Shown here: positions 7,552 through 18,819 of the stretch, in pieces
How the letters are laid out: every line of letters starts with the position of its first letter
Numbering within the stretch: the stretch's first letter is position 1
Assembly: GCA_963841915.1 (NCBI GenBank)
Contig: CAWJEN010000006.1
Span: 1,184,001 to 1,248,000, forward strand
DNA length: 64,000 nucleotides
Reading direction: 5' to 3'
DNA from: an uncultured Planctomycetota bacterium
GTDB taxonomy: Bacteria; Planctomycetota; Phycisphaerae; Tepidisphaerales; Tepidisphaeraceae
Made by a program: the position numbers and the translations under genes
Notes under the pieces: model-generated
Seen by the model: the letters and a program-made list of their open reading frames with translations, nothing else
What the model was told of the DNA's origin: nothing
Database searches by the model: none

Positions 7552-10500
7552 TTAGAAGTTGGATTGACCGATCTGGCCAATCGTCTTACGGGTAAAAGAA
7601 GGGTCGGCGACGACTCCTGTTGCTTTATCAATAGGCGTCTTGACAAGCAGCACGTCGAGCTTGCCAGACGTACGAGCTTTCTCTAGTTTCTTAGCCCATT
7701 GAAACGACTTCTTATCACGAAGGGTTTTAATCTGCTGCTCGATCCACTGCTTACTCAACTGCTGGTGCCCCGCCGCAAGCCGCGCCAGGTTCCCGGCACC
7801 GCCCTTGGCCTCGACAATCACCAGTCGGCCCGCCGCGTCCTCGAAGACGCCGTCGATGCCGTGGTACCGTGTCGGGAAGTCGTCGACCGACTTGAGTCCC
7901 AGCTTCCGGGCCGTTGTGATCGCCCCAAGTTCCCCGATCGTCGTCACCGCCCGGCGGCTCGCCGCCGCGCCGGAGTTCCGCAAGCCCTGGAAGGCGTCGC
8001 TGAGCACGCCGCCGGCCCCGTCGAGCTTGTTGCCCAACACCCGAGCTTTAGAGAAGAGCTCGCCGAACGGGATGACGTTGCTCAGCAGGCCGGCCAACAA
8101 CGCGGGACTGACGGTTCCGGTCGTGGCGAGTTGGCCCACGATCGTCACCGCATCCCGAATCGTCTCGGCCGCGTCGTAAGCCTTCAACGCCGCACCCACT
8201 TTCGGGCTGCGCATTGCCAGGCTGATCGACGTGCTTGCGCGACGAGTTCCGAATGTAAAGAACATCCCTGTCGGATCGTTCTTGTTGATCGCGTCGCCGC
8301 CGACGAAGCTGTAGAGGTTGGCGTCCCACAGCTCGCCCGGCCCCGGCAGGTAGCTGTCCTGGCTCAGCCAACGCCCGTCTAGGCCACGCAGGCGGCTGCG
8401 TTGGTCGTACGACTCGCTGATCGCGTCGTACCGCTCACCGTGGTGCAGGTGCATTGCCAGCGCGTCGCCGGGATCAAGAACCCCCAGCAGGTTGCCGTCG
8501 GCGTCGTAGGCGTAGACCTGGCCCGTGCCGAGCAGTGCCCGCGTGCCGCTGTGGCCGTCGGTCACGACGTGGCGCAGCACGTCCTGCGTCGCCTCGAATA
8601 GCACCCGGTCGGCGAAGACGCTGTGCCGCTCGAACGTGCCGTCCGCACCGGCGTCCTCGGCCAGCACCTGGCTGTAGCCGGTGAGGCTTTGGCCGTCGAC
8701 GATGTAGGCGGTTTCAGCGCCGGTCTCGGTCGTCGCCAGCACGCGGCGGCCGAGGCTGTTGTAGGCGAAGGTGTGCCCTCGGGGGTGCCGTCGTCGCCGC
8801 GGTCGATGCTCTGGGCTGGCCCAGCACGTTCCAAGCGTAAGCCACGTCGGCGTCGTCGGCCGTCAGGTCGTCCCTCAGCAGTGTGCTGCCGTTGTCGTCG
8901 TAGCTGTAGCTGGCGGTTTGGGTGCCGTCGGCCCATTCCTCGACCAGCCTGTCGTTGTCGTCCACCACGTAGGTCGTGGTGACGCCGTCCTTCAGCTGCT
9001 CGATGCGGTTGCTGGCGAGGTCGTAGCCCCACTCGCTGACCGTGCCGGCGATGTCCTCGCGGATCAGGCGGCCGATGGCGTCGTAGGTCCACGTCGTCGT
9101 GCCGTTCGTCGAGCCGGTGCCGCTTTCGCTGACGCTCCTACGCTGGCCGTTGCCGAAGTAGGCATAAGTCTGCCGCAGCGTGCCCGCTTCCTGCTCGAGC
9201 AGCCGGCCGGCCGTGTCGTAGGTGCGGGTGTAGTCCACATCATTTGGATGCTCCTCAAGCACACGGCGGCCCAGGGCGTCGTAGTGGTACCAACTGGTCC
9301 CCGCCGTCGTATCGATTCTCCTCAGGCGGCCGTGGTCGTCGTACGTGTAGCCGACATCGGCCTCTGTGCCCGGGGCGTCGAGCGACGTCAGGCGGCCGGT
9401 TGCCGGGTCGTAGCCGTAGGTGACGAGACCTTCGGGCTGGAGGTGCGAGGCGACGTTGCCGGTGACGGCGTCGTGCGTCCACGTCTCCAAACGATCAGGG
9501 ACTAGCTGCAGGTTGATTGGCGAACCGGCCGCGTCGTCAGTCTGCCAGCGACCCCAGGCCGTGCGGCGGCCCAGCGCGTCGTAGGCGTAACGGTGCACCA
9601 GCGAGGGTGACGATGCCGTGTCACTTTCGAAGACACGTTCCTCCACCATCCGGCCCAGCGTCGGCGAGGCAGGCCAGTCGAGGTCGGTGTCGTGCACGTC
9701 GGCGACGTATGTCTCGTCGTCATACACGTGCTCCGTCACAACGCCGTCGAAGGCGACCGTCGTCGCCACCCGGCCGCGGGCGTCGTAGGTAATCGAGTCC
9801 TGCTGACCCAGCGGCAGCGTCCGGCCGGACGGGCGGCCTTCGTCGTCGACGGCGAACAGTGTCTCGCGGTTCTGCGGGTCTTTCTGGCTCAGACGGTTGC
9901 CTGCCGCGTCGTAGACGTATTGGAACTTCGCACGGCCGAGCTGCGAGCCGGTCGAAGCGTCGGTGACCTCGGGTCGCCACGCCGCCACCAGACGGCCGGC
10001 GGCGTCATAAACCTCGTGCGTCACGCGGGCCGGCTCGGTGTCCGGGTTCCGCCGCTCGACACTCACCGAGTGCCGGCTCCCGGGGTTGACACTCATCGTG
10101 GCCCCAAGATCGGCAGGCGTGTTGAGGTTCAGCCCTGAGGTTGCTTGCGCCTGGTTTCCGGAGACGCCGCCGATGGCCAATGTCTCCGTGCCGTCGGGGT
10201 GCAGCGTTCGCACGGAGCCGGGCACCTCGTCGCGGATCGTCAGCGTCGGCCGGCCGAGTGCGTCTGTCCACAGCGTGCTGCGTCGGAACGCGCTGTCGTG
10301 AGACGTGGAGACACCGGTGAAGTTGCCGTTGGCGTCGAACTCGTTCTCGATGATCTCGCCGGTAGTGCCGATGATGCGAAGCGCCGGCCGATCTTGCTCG
10401 GCGGCACGCACCGTGCCGTTCTCGATGCCTCGACCGGTTAGGACGTAGCTGAGGGCACTTGGAGCCGCGGTGTCGATGGGCACGAGGCGAAGGACGGCCG

Positions 10501-13500
10501 AGTTGGGCTCGCGGATGGCCCGCACGTTGAACTTCGTCGCGGGCGTGATGCTGTTGATCCCGTCGGCGAGTTGCTGTGCCGCCGCCCGTTGCGTTTGAGC
10601 GTTGCCCGAGGTGAGCACGTTGGAGAGATCGACGGTGACGGTTTCGGAAGTCGTCGGATCGATCGGGTCCGTCAGCGTGAGCGTGAAGGAGTCGTCGAGA
10701 TCAAGCTGGCCGGTCACTTCCACGCGATTGGCGTTCCACCGGTCGGCGAGTGTGCCGGCCACGTCTCCTCGCCCGTCACCGGCGGAGGAGGTGTGCGACT
10801 CGCGGGCGTCGCGGAAGTGCAAGGCGGCGGCAGCGTTCACAGCCGCTGGGTCGACGTACGGGTCGTCGTACGCCGCTGCTACGTGCCAATCTGCCGGCGC
10901 GTCGGCCTTCAGCGGCCCGCTGAATCGGACGCTGCCGTCGAACCAATAGACCGTGCCGACGCGTAAACCATCGGCGTTGACTTGCTCGACCGCACGGCCG
11001 CGGCCGTCATAGACGGTGCGCGTCGTAGCGACCCGATCCGATGCGGAAACGACGGCCGGCAACGTGCGGTAGAGGCCGCCGACTTCTTCCAGCGGGATGC
11101 GTGCGTCGGCGTACTGCTCCGTACCGGCCGCACGACCCAGCGCGTCGTAGATCGTGCGGGTCACGACGTAGCGCGAGGCGTTGTCGAGGTTGCTCCACGA
11201 GATCTGCGGGTTCTGCTCGCTGTAGTTGAAGCTGGCTTGCGTCGTGCTGGCGAACTGCTCGGCCTGCCACTCGGCTCGACCGAGCGCGTCGTAGGCGGTC
11301 CGTGTTTCGGTGCCGTCGGGACGCTGGGTCGCGATGACACGACCTGCGGCGTCGTACAGCGTCAGCGTCGTCGGATCGGTCGCGTCAAGGTTCGGGCCAT
11401 ACTGCTCGACATTGGCGACGACGAGTCCACCGTCACCGTGGTAGGTGTGGGACACGGTGCCGACGGGATTGGCAAGCGTGATGTTGTCGATCGAGCGGAC
11501 GGCCCGGCCGGCGGCGTCGTATTCGGTGAGGCCGTTGGAGATGCTGACGAGCGTGCCGTTGTTGTCCCACTCGCGGAAGGTCTGCGCAACGGAGCCGTCA
11601 GGCTGATAGGTGTAACGCGTGACCAGGCCGGCCGCGTCAGTCGACGTGTCGAGGCGGCCGAGGTGCGTCCCACTGGTGACGTAGGTGTTGCTCGACAGCT
11701 CGGCCAGTTCGACACCGTTGGCATCAACCGTGAACGTTCGCAACAGCAGTCCCTTGTCCAGGTCGCCGATGCCGTCGGTGTACTCGTAGCGGGTCTCTTC
11801 ACCGAGATGGTTCCGACTCCACAGGAGGTTGCCCGCGTCGTCATATTCGTTGCGGGTGACTTGCCCGTAAGGATCGACGACACGCTGCACACCGCCGAGT
11901 TCGTGGTAGGCATGATCGGCTCCGTCCGCCGGATCGGCCTCGTACCAAGTGGTCAGCCACGAGACGCCGTCGGGCGCGAGGACGCGCTCGTAGACGGGCT
12001 TCCAAAGGTCTGTGTCGGAGCTGGCGGGCAGTGCGTCCGTGTAGTTCTTGAAGCTGACCTCTCGGACCTGGCGTGTCGGCGCGAGGTAGAGCCGCTTGCC
12101 ACTCAGGTCAGGGGCCGGCACGGAAAACGGCTCGAATTCTCGCAGCGTGTGGGGCCGATTCCATCCGATCTCGTCGCCGCCTTCTCGGGTGTTGATGATG
12201 GCGGCGTCGTTGTACTCGTACTCGCGGACGGTCACGAGGTAGCGGGTGACGAGCCCGGTGTTGGTGTCACGCTCGGCCCGAATCTCGCGGACGACTTGGC
12301 CGAGCCGGTCATAGACGAACTCGGTATCATTGCCCTCGGCATCCGTTGAGGCGGTGAGGCCGGTGGTCCCGGTGAAGAAGCCACTGTCTAGCAGCGACGC
12401 GTTACCGTCGGCATCGGAGACGGAGGCAAGTCGGCCGGCGGCGTCATAGTCCGCCGCCAGCACGTCGACGTCGCGGGCGTCCGTAATTGTCTCAAGGCGG
12501 TGGCCTGGGCCATATGCGAACGTGGTCACATCCTCCGCGACATCCTTGACAGAGACCAACTCGCCCTCTGACGGCGTCCCGGCGTCGCCGTAGGTGTAGA
12601 TGACACGGCGAAGAACGCCACCACCGGCATCGATAACTTGCGCCTCGCTGACTTGTGAGCCGTTGCGGAGCACGCGCAACGTCAGGCCGCCTGCCGAGGC
12701 GACATCGCCACCGCTGTTGTCAATGAAGGTTGTGGGGTTCCCGTTCGCGTCTGTGCGCGAGCGCACCCTACCGGAGTCGGCTTCGATTTCATACCGGGTT
12801 CCATCTGTAGTTGTGACGTAGTAGCGATTACCGAATTGTGCGTTGGCGGGATTGTATCCGTTGGCACCAACTTTAAAGAACGAGCCGTCGCGGATCAGGG
12901 TGTAGGAATTGACGTCGTCCCACGCTGGGTAATCCGAGTGATCTGGACCGACTAATTCACTTTGGCCGCCAGCTCTGGAGCATGACTTGCAGCGTGGCAC
13001 CGCTGCCGTCAGCTGCGACGAACTGCGGACGCCATGCGAAGCCCAGGCCACTGAAGGGGCTTTGAAAATTCCCCGTCGACCGGTCGGAAGACGAAGGTGC
13101 GTCTCCCGATGCCGGGTAGGTCGATGTAGCACCGGGTCGTTCTCGCGAAGGGCCGGCGGCTCGCTGCCGACGAGCGTGTCGCCGCGGGCATCCGTCTCGA
13201 CCTCCGCCTCGTCAAGCTCGAGACGCCAGCCGTACCCGAAAGCGAGCCGCTCGTGAGCACGGGACGAGTCGTACACGCGTCGGACCTCGATCGGCGCTTG
13301 GCCGGGTACGTCGAGCGTCAGGTCAACGAACGGCAGGACAAGGTTGCCGAGCTTGACGTCCGTCTTGATCTCGACCGATACGCGATCGACGGCATTGGGC
13401 GTGGCGGACTGACCGTCGTCTACGTGGAGAACGAGGTCGTAAACACCATTGGGCAACGACGCCGCGTGCAGCGTTGCCAGAATGCCGCCGTCGGCGGGAA

Positions 13501-16500
13501 TCGAGCCGACGCGGCCGACCGCGTCGTCGACGAGCACGATCGGCTCGCCACCGTCGCGTGGCTCGAGGCGCAACGAATGGGTGAGCGTGTCGTTGGCGTT
13601 GAGGTCCTGAACGACGCCGAATACATCAAAATCTCGAGAGATAATGAACGGCTCACCCGTCGATGGCGGCGAGAGAAGGCGGCCGATCGGAGCGACCTGA
13701 TCAATGACCTGCAGCGAGAATTGGACCTGCCCTGCGCCGACGACTTGGCCATCAGATGCACGAGTCGCCGTCACGCCAATGAAGTAGCCGCCTCGGTTCG
13801 CTGCAGTAAATGTTGCTACGGAGTCGTCAACCGCGTCGACCACCAGGCTGGCGGTGCTGAAGGTGTTGTCCCACGTGAACGAGCCGTCGAAATCAGTGAT
13901 CGGACCGCCATACTGGTCGAGCACCACCGCCCGCAGATCAATGGGATCATTCGGTGATGTGGCTGCTGGATAAGGAACGGATTCGACGCGTAACGACGTC
14001 GGCACCTGGACACTGTCGAACGTGACGGCGTAGGGATCCGAGAACAATGCCCCGTCGGACGCGACCACCGTGAACCCGTAGATGCCGGGGCCCGGAAGGT
14101 CGAGAACAACATTGCGGGCTTCGACCGACCCGTTCCAACTGGGCAGGTCGACATCGCTAATCGACAAGCCAGTGGGGACGGACGTGACGGCCCACGTGTA
14201 AGTCAGGAGGTTATTGTCACCATCGGAATCAGTGCCGGTGGCCGAGAGGGCCAGTCGATTGTCGTGCAACTGGCTGAGGACGCTGACGACTTCAGGAGCT
14301 TGATTAGTCTGATCGGACACTTCAACGACCAGCTCTCCTACCTGATTCCCCTGCTCAACACGTACCGTGTATGTCCCGGGTGTCGTTCCGGTGTTCAGCC
14401 ATGCCTGTCGACCAGCGATGGTCGGGGTCAAGCTCGCGTCAGTGTTGGCCGGATCGAGCGGCTGCCACTCGGCATCAGAGGGAACGAATGGATGGTTGAA
14501 CTGGTCAAAGTAGCTGGCATGAATCGCAAGCAGCCCGTTCTTTGGGCTGGTTACCGAAGGCACCGGGCTACCCGGCAGCGGTGGGAGCGAAATTGCTGTT
14601 GTCGCCGAAGGCGATCCGACTGGTGTCGTGAGCTACATCGAATGTCACGTTTACGTAGCGGCTTTCGATGTCCACATCAGGATGGTCGACCCGAACCTGA
14701 AATGCGTAAATGCCAGCAGCGTTGTACAAGAGCGACGTTGAAGCTTCGGTAGCCGGCTCCAGCCATGTCGGCGACGCGAGCGACGGCTTTTTCACCAAGG
14801 TCCAGCTGTACGACAGATCAGAAGCGTCACCATCGACGTGAGCGTCGATGCTCAGCTCCACGACCTGCGGGTTCATCGGGTCGGCGCTGTTTGCCGTGCT
14901 GCTCTCTACGGTTATGTACGTCGACGGATCAGGATCGACGATGACTTCGAAACTTGCCTCGCTAATTAGGCCCTCTTCATCCGTCACGCTGAATGAGACT
15001 GCATGTCGACCACCGCTGTAGAACTTGGTGTCCCAAGAAAGCATGCCCGGGATCTCGCTACTAAAGACAGGCTTACGCGACCCGAGAGGTCTGAGAACTT
15101 CAAATAGGAGCTTGCTCGAGTCGCCGTCGGGGTCGATTGCTTCGACATCTACGATGATGGTGTTGCCCCCGTAAATGTCGGCTACCGCGTATTGCGGCTC
15201 GATCGGCGTGATGCGGGGCGGCAGATTGATTGCCATGCCGACGGCAATGTTCGACCAGGCCGAGACGCCGAAGTCGCCCTCTGCCCGCACGCGGTAGTGG
15301 TAGCGGAAGTTCCAGTCTTCCGGCACATCTGCAAAGATTGCCGCGTCGCCGTCCGCCTGCCCGGCGAACTCGAACTGGTTGCCGTCGAGCGACCGCTCGA
15401 TCCGGAAGGAGGTCACCAGACCGGCTGAGCGTGTCGCCCAGGATAATTCGATGATCTTGCCGTCGCCCTGCGTCGCGACGAGCGTCGTCGGGCTGGCCGG
15501 AACGCCGCGGAAGACGTCTACGGCAAGCGTGCGATACCGCTCGTTCGTCGCACCCGGTTCGCCGGCAACAAGGTTGTCAGGGTAGTAATCGTCCCGATAC
15601 TCCAGTGCGATAAGCTGATCGGAATCGCCATGGTGCGTGAAGCTGATGCCGTAGGAGTGGTCAAGGTCGGTGCTGGGTGCTCCCCAATACGGGAACTTGT
15701 TCGACACGGAACCCGTGAAGACTGCCGGAGTGTTGACGTCCTCTGCAAGTCCGACGGCGATGCCGTAATCGAGGAAGGCACCCCGCCAGGAGCTTCCTTG
15801 CTGCCGTTCACCAGGGGCCCAGGGCCACTGGCCGTACTCAGCGTCGGCGTCAAAAGGCACGTCATCAGCACTGTCACCCAGACGGAACGAGCCGTCGACC
15901 AAACCATTGGCCGAACCATCTTCCGAAATTTCGTCGCGGAACGAAACGATACTGTCCTCGACATTGAAACCGACCCGGTTGCCGAAGGCGTCGAAGCCGA
16001 GGCTGTGGACGAGTTCCAGCGGCGAACCGTCACGCCCTCGATAGATGTCGAAGCCTTCGTAAGCGTGAAGGTTGCCGTATGCATCCCGCGGCTCGTTCCA
16101 CGTCAGTCGGATGCTGTCTGAAGATTGCGCCCGAGGGCCAACTCAGTCGGCCCTTCGGGTGGCTTCGGAAGATCACTGCCGAACCGTCCGCGAACGATAG
16201 CAAAGATCAAGGATAGAGACGACTCCGTCCCCGTTTGCATCGCCCGTTTCGAAAGTTCCCGCCTGGCCATGGTTCGCTCGCAGGATCGCCCAGTCTAGGA
16301 TGTTGACCTCTCGGTTGCGGTCAAAGTCTCCAGTGTAGAAGAAGTAGGCATCTTCATCGTTGAACCGCCGCTTCTCGGTGCCGATCGGCGTTGTCTCACC
16401 CGACCTGAAAATGCCGTCTTCGTGGACGGTCAGCTCGTAGTTGCCGTCCGGCGGGTAGGCAGTCTGCACATGATTAGGCGGAAGCGTTGCCGTCAGGCCG

Positions 16501-16853
16501 ATTCGTGTTGTGTCTCCGTCCGTGCGCAGCAAAACCCGACGATAATCATCGGCAGCAGCGAAATCGTCTCGCGCAGTCCAGCCGTCCGTGAGGTTCTCCA
16601 GCATGACGTCACGGATGTCGATGCTGTCAAACACATCAGCGTCAAAGTCCACGTAAAAGGCGACGCCGCCGAACCCGCCTTGCCCTACGTAATCGAGATC
16701 GATCCCAGCTTGATAGAAACCGCCTCCGCCAGACAAAAGCCGGCGGACCTCAAGCTTCTCGGCAACTGCGTTGACGGCGTGGCAAATTGCACGATCCCGT
16801 GCAGCGTCGTGGAATCTGGACGACTCGAGAGAGCGAGCGTGAACGATCAGCAT
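7552..16853 (-). CDS. Giant RHS/YD-repeat polymorphic toxin (~3,100 aa): LEPRxLL leader, dockerin-like pair, FN3/Ig/PKD-like domains, RHS cage, PD-(D/E)xK nuclease tip; interrupted by several small indels
   Basis: ORFs 16173-16853, 14568-15902, 8714-14563 and 7552-8742 join after indels at ~16205, 16133, 14570, 13130, 13065, 12975, 8817 and 8778. Motifs: AEKLEVRRLLS, GDANGDGVVSILD, many YDAAGR repeats, core end AINKNDPTG, tip HGIDGVF...VIVEAKGG...QQLSKQW. Confidence 0.85.
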
Positions 16854-17249
16854 CGTGCGGACACAGTTGTGCTGCTCTTTTATCAGACGTCACGTAGACT
16901 GCAAGCAAGACTCACCCGAATAAAAGTTCATAGTCAATCGGTCGGAGTTGGCACGTGATCGCCACGGACGAACTCCTTGTTCTAAAGACCTTTAGGAGCT
17001 ACACCTCCGAGAGGACATAGCACTTTGATGCGAGGAATGGGCGCCATTGCGCCGAGCCGTTCGCCTGCTCTCGGTCATCATCTGAGGGCTCGCATGAGTT
17101 GAAGCATTGAGCAGGGACTTGGAGTCCAGAGCTTGGTTGCTCATGTTGGCGACTCACCCTTAAAAGCGGTAGGTTTTGAACGCCTGACGAGTTCAAGTGC
17201 CACCGCTGCCGCAGCGCTTCGCGGCATCCTTGTTTCGCATGCACTTAGA

Positions 17250-17277
17250 TAAAGCAACGCGCTCCATCGGCCGATGC
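17250..17277 (+). promoter_or_regulatory. Putative sigma28 (FliA) promoter
   Basis: TAAA-N16-GCCGATGC about 50 nt upstream of the flagellin-like gene. Confidence 0.55.
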
Positions 17278-17328
17278 TGGGCATGTTCCGCTGACGGGGG
17301 CGTCCGCCGAGCCTGAGGGGAGGTCCAT

Positions 17329-18819
17329 ATCCGCATCGTTTCAAATATCCCCTCTCTCGTCGCATCGCGGGCCATCCGTACGCAGCAAACGGCTGCTGCC
17401 CGCACGCTGCGGCACCTGGCGACCGGGCAACGCATCAACAGCGGACGGGACGGGCCGGCCAAGCTCATTGCCGGTGAATCGTTCCGCCAGACGGTGACGA
17501 AGACCGCGACAGTGGTGAAGAACGCCGACCGGGCTTCTGCTCTGGTCGGAACGGCCGAGGGCGGACTCGTCGAAATCTCGGCGTCTTTGCTGGAGTTGAA
17601 GAGCCTCGTCGTGCGGGCGGCCAACGTCGGCGCGCAGGCCGAGGCAGAACGCGAGGCCGATCAGTTGCAGATCGATCGCGTCGTCGGCTCGATCAACCGC
17701 CTCTCTGCCGCCACGACGTTCAACGGCAAGCGCCTCCTCGACGGCAGCTTTGCCACCACCAAGTCTGCCGTCCGCGACATGACCAACACCAACCCAGCGA
17801 TGTTTGCCGGCATTGATCTCGGAGCCAGCGTCGCCGGCTCGCTGCAGATCGACGTGACGAGCGAGGCGACGAACTCCACGGGCGAACTCGATTTTTCCCG
17901 CAGCGTGTTGCCGCAGCGTGTGCGGTTCTGGTACCCGTCGGAGGGCGCTGCGACGGAGGTCACGAGCGATCTGACGTGGGGCCCGCTGGACGGACCGATC
18001 GAGACGACGGTGATGCCGCAGCTTCAGGCGGCACTGACGCCTTTGGATATCACAATCGAACAAGTGTCTGCGACGCGTTTGCGATTTGTAGCCAACGACC
18101 GAAGCCGCGGCGCGTTCGGTGCCGAGGTGCGGCCCGGAATCTCCTGGAACCCGCTCGCGCCGAACCCGGCCACAACCGTCGTTTATGGCGCACCGTCGAG
18201 TGCGGCCTCGGGAAGTGCCCCGCTGCCGGGACAGGCAACGGTCGAGGACAACAGCGGCAACGTCACCACCGTGTCGACCGAGACATTGACGATCAGCGTC
18301 CCCGTCGGCGGAGACACGGTGAATCTCGTGCTGAGCGACGCAGGCAAGGCGGCCGGCACGAGCGGCCTTGTCGCGTGGAAGCAGAACGAAGTGCTCGAAG
18401 GCGACCCGCTGTCGTTCGCACTCGATGCGGACGTGGCTAAGCGGACGACGCTTTCCATCGACCGCATCGATGCGACAACGCTCGGCACTCTCGGTGGCAG
18501 GAAGCTCAACGACCTGGGCGACCTGCTGAGCGACAGCGACTACGACACCGCCGCGGCGACGGTCGATGCGGCCATTAGAGACGTAGCCAAGCTGCGCGGA
18601 CAGCTCGGCGCCACGCTCCGCTACACGGTCGGCGCGGCCAGACGATCCAACGTGACGGCCAACGAGCAAGCGACGGCGACGCTGTCCTCCATCGTCGACC
18701 TCGACTACAGCCAGGCCGCCAACGACCGTGCACGCGAGACCATTCTGGCGGCGGCGGCGCAGCGCGTGATGCAGGTCACGCTCGATCGCCCGCGGCAGGC
18801 GCTGTCGTTGTTGGCGTGA
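17329..18819 (+). CDS. Flagellin-family protein (divergent)
   Basis: The frame extends 5' of the listed ORF: IRIVSNIPSL...LATGQRINSGRDGPA...TAEGGLVEIS...TFNGKRLLDG. C-terminus VDAAIRDVAKLRGQLGA...SSIVDLDY...QALSLL. SD GGAGGT at 17319 but no ATG (ccatatc). Confidence 0.85.
   Translation: MRIVSNIPSLVASRAIRTQQTAAARTLRHLATGQRINSGRDGPAKLIAGESFRQTVTKTATVVKNADRASALVGTAEGGLVEISASLLELKSLVVRAANVGAQAEAEREADQLQIDRVVGSINRLSAATTFNGKRLLDGSFATTKSAVRDMTNTNPAMFAGIDLGASVAGSLQIDVTSEATNSTGELDFSRSVLPQRVRFWYPSEGAATEVTSDLTWGPLDGPIETTVMPQLQAALTPLDITIEQVSATRLRFVANDRSRGAFGAEVRPGISWNPLAPNPATTVVYGAPSSAASGSAPLPGQATVEDNSGNVTTVSTETLTISVPVGGDTVNLVLSDAGKAAGTSGLVAWKQNEVLEGDPLSFALDADVAKRTTLSIDRIDATTLGTLGGRKLNDLGDLLSDSDYDTAAATVDAAIRDVAKLRGQLGATLRYTVGAARRSNVTANEQATATLSSIVDLDYSQAANDRARETILAAAAQRVMQVTLDRPRQALSLLA

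Noticed and set aside
14568..14570. TAG read-through or programmed frameshift in the RHS gene
   Set aside because: Removing one G from GGG restores AAGSPVPS. The many other indels lack slippery sites, so error or decay is simpler.
857..17000. Complete prophage integrated at tRNA-Ser
   Set aside because: No integrase, portal, capsid, tail or lysis genes. I saw no duplicate of the tRNA 3' end (att), and the terminase lies 5' of the tRNA.
17165..17226. Hammerhead ribozyme or ncRNA (CTGACGAG within a TTGAAC/GTTCAA hairpin)
   Set aside because: No GAAA core or compatible three-stem arrangement; only short local hairpins.
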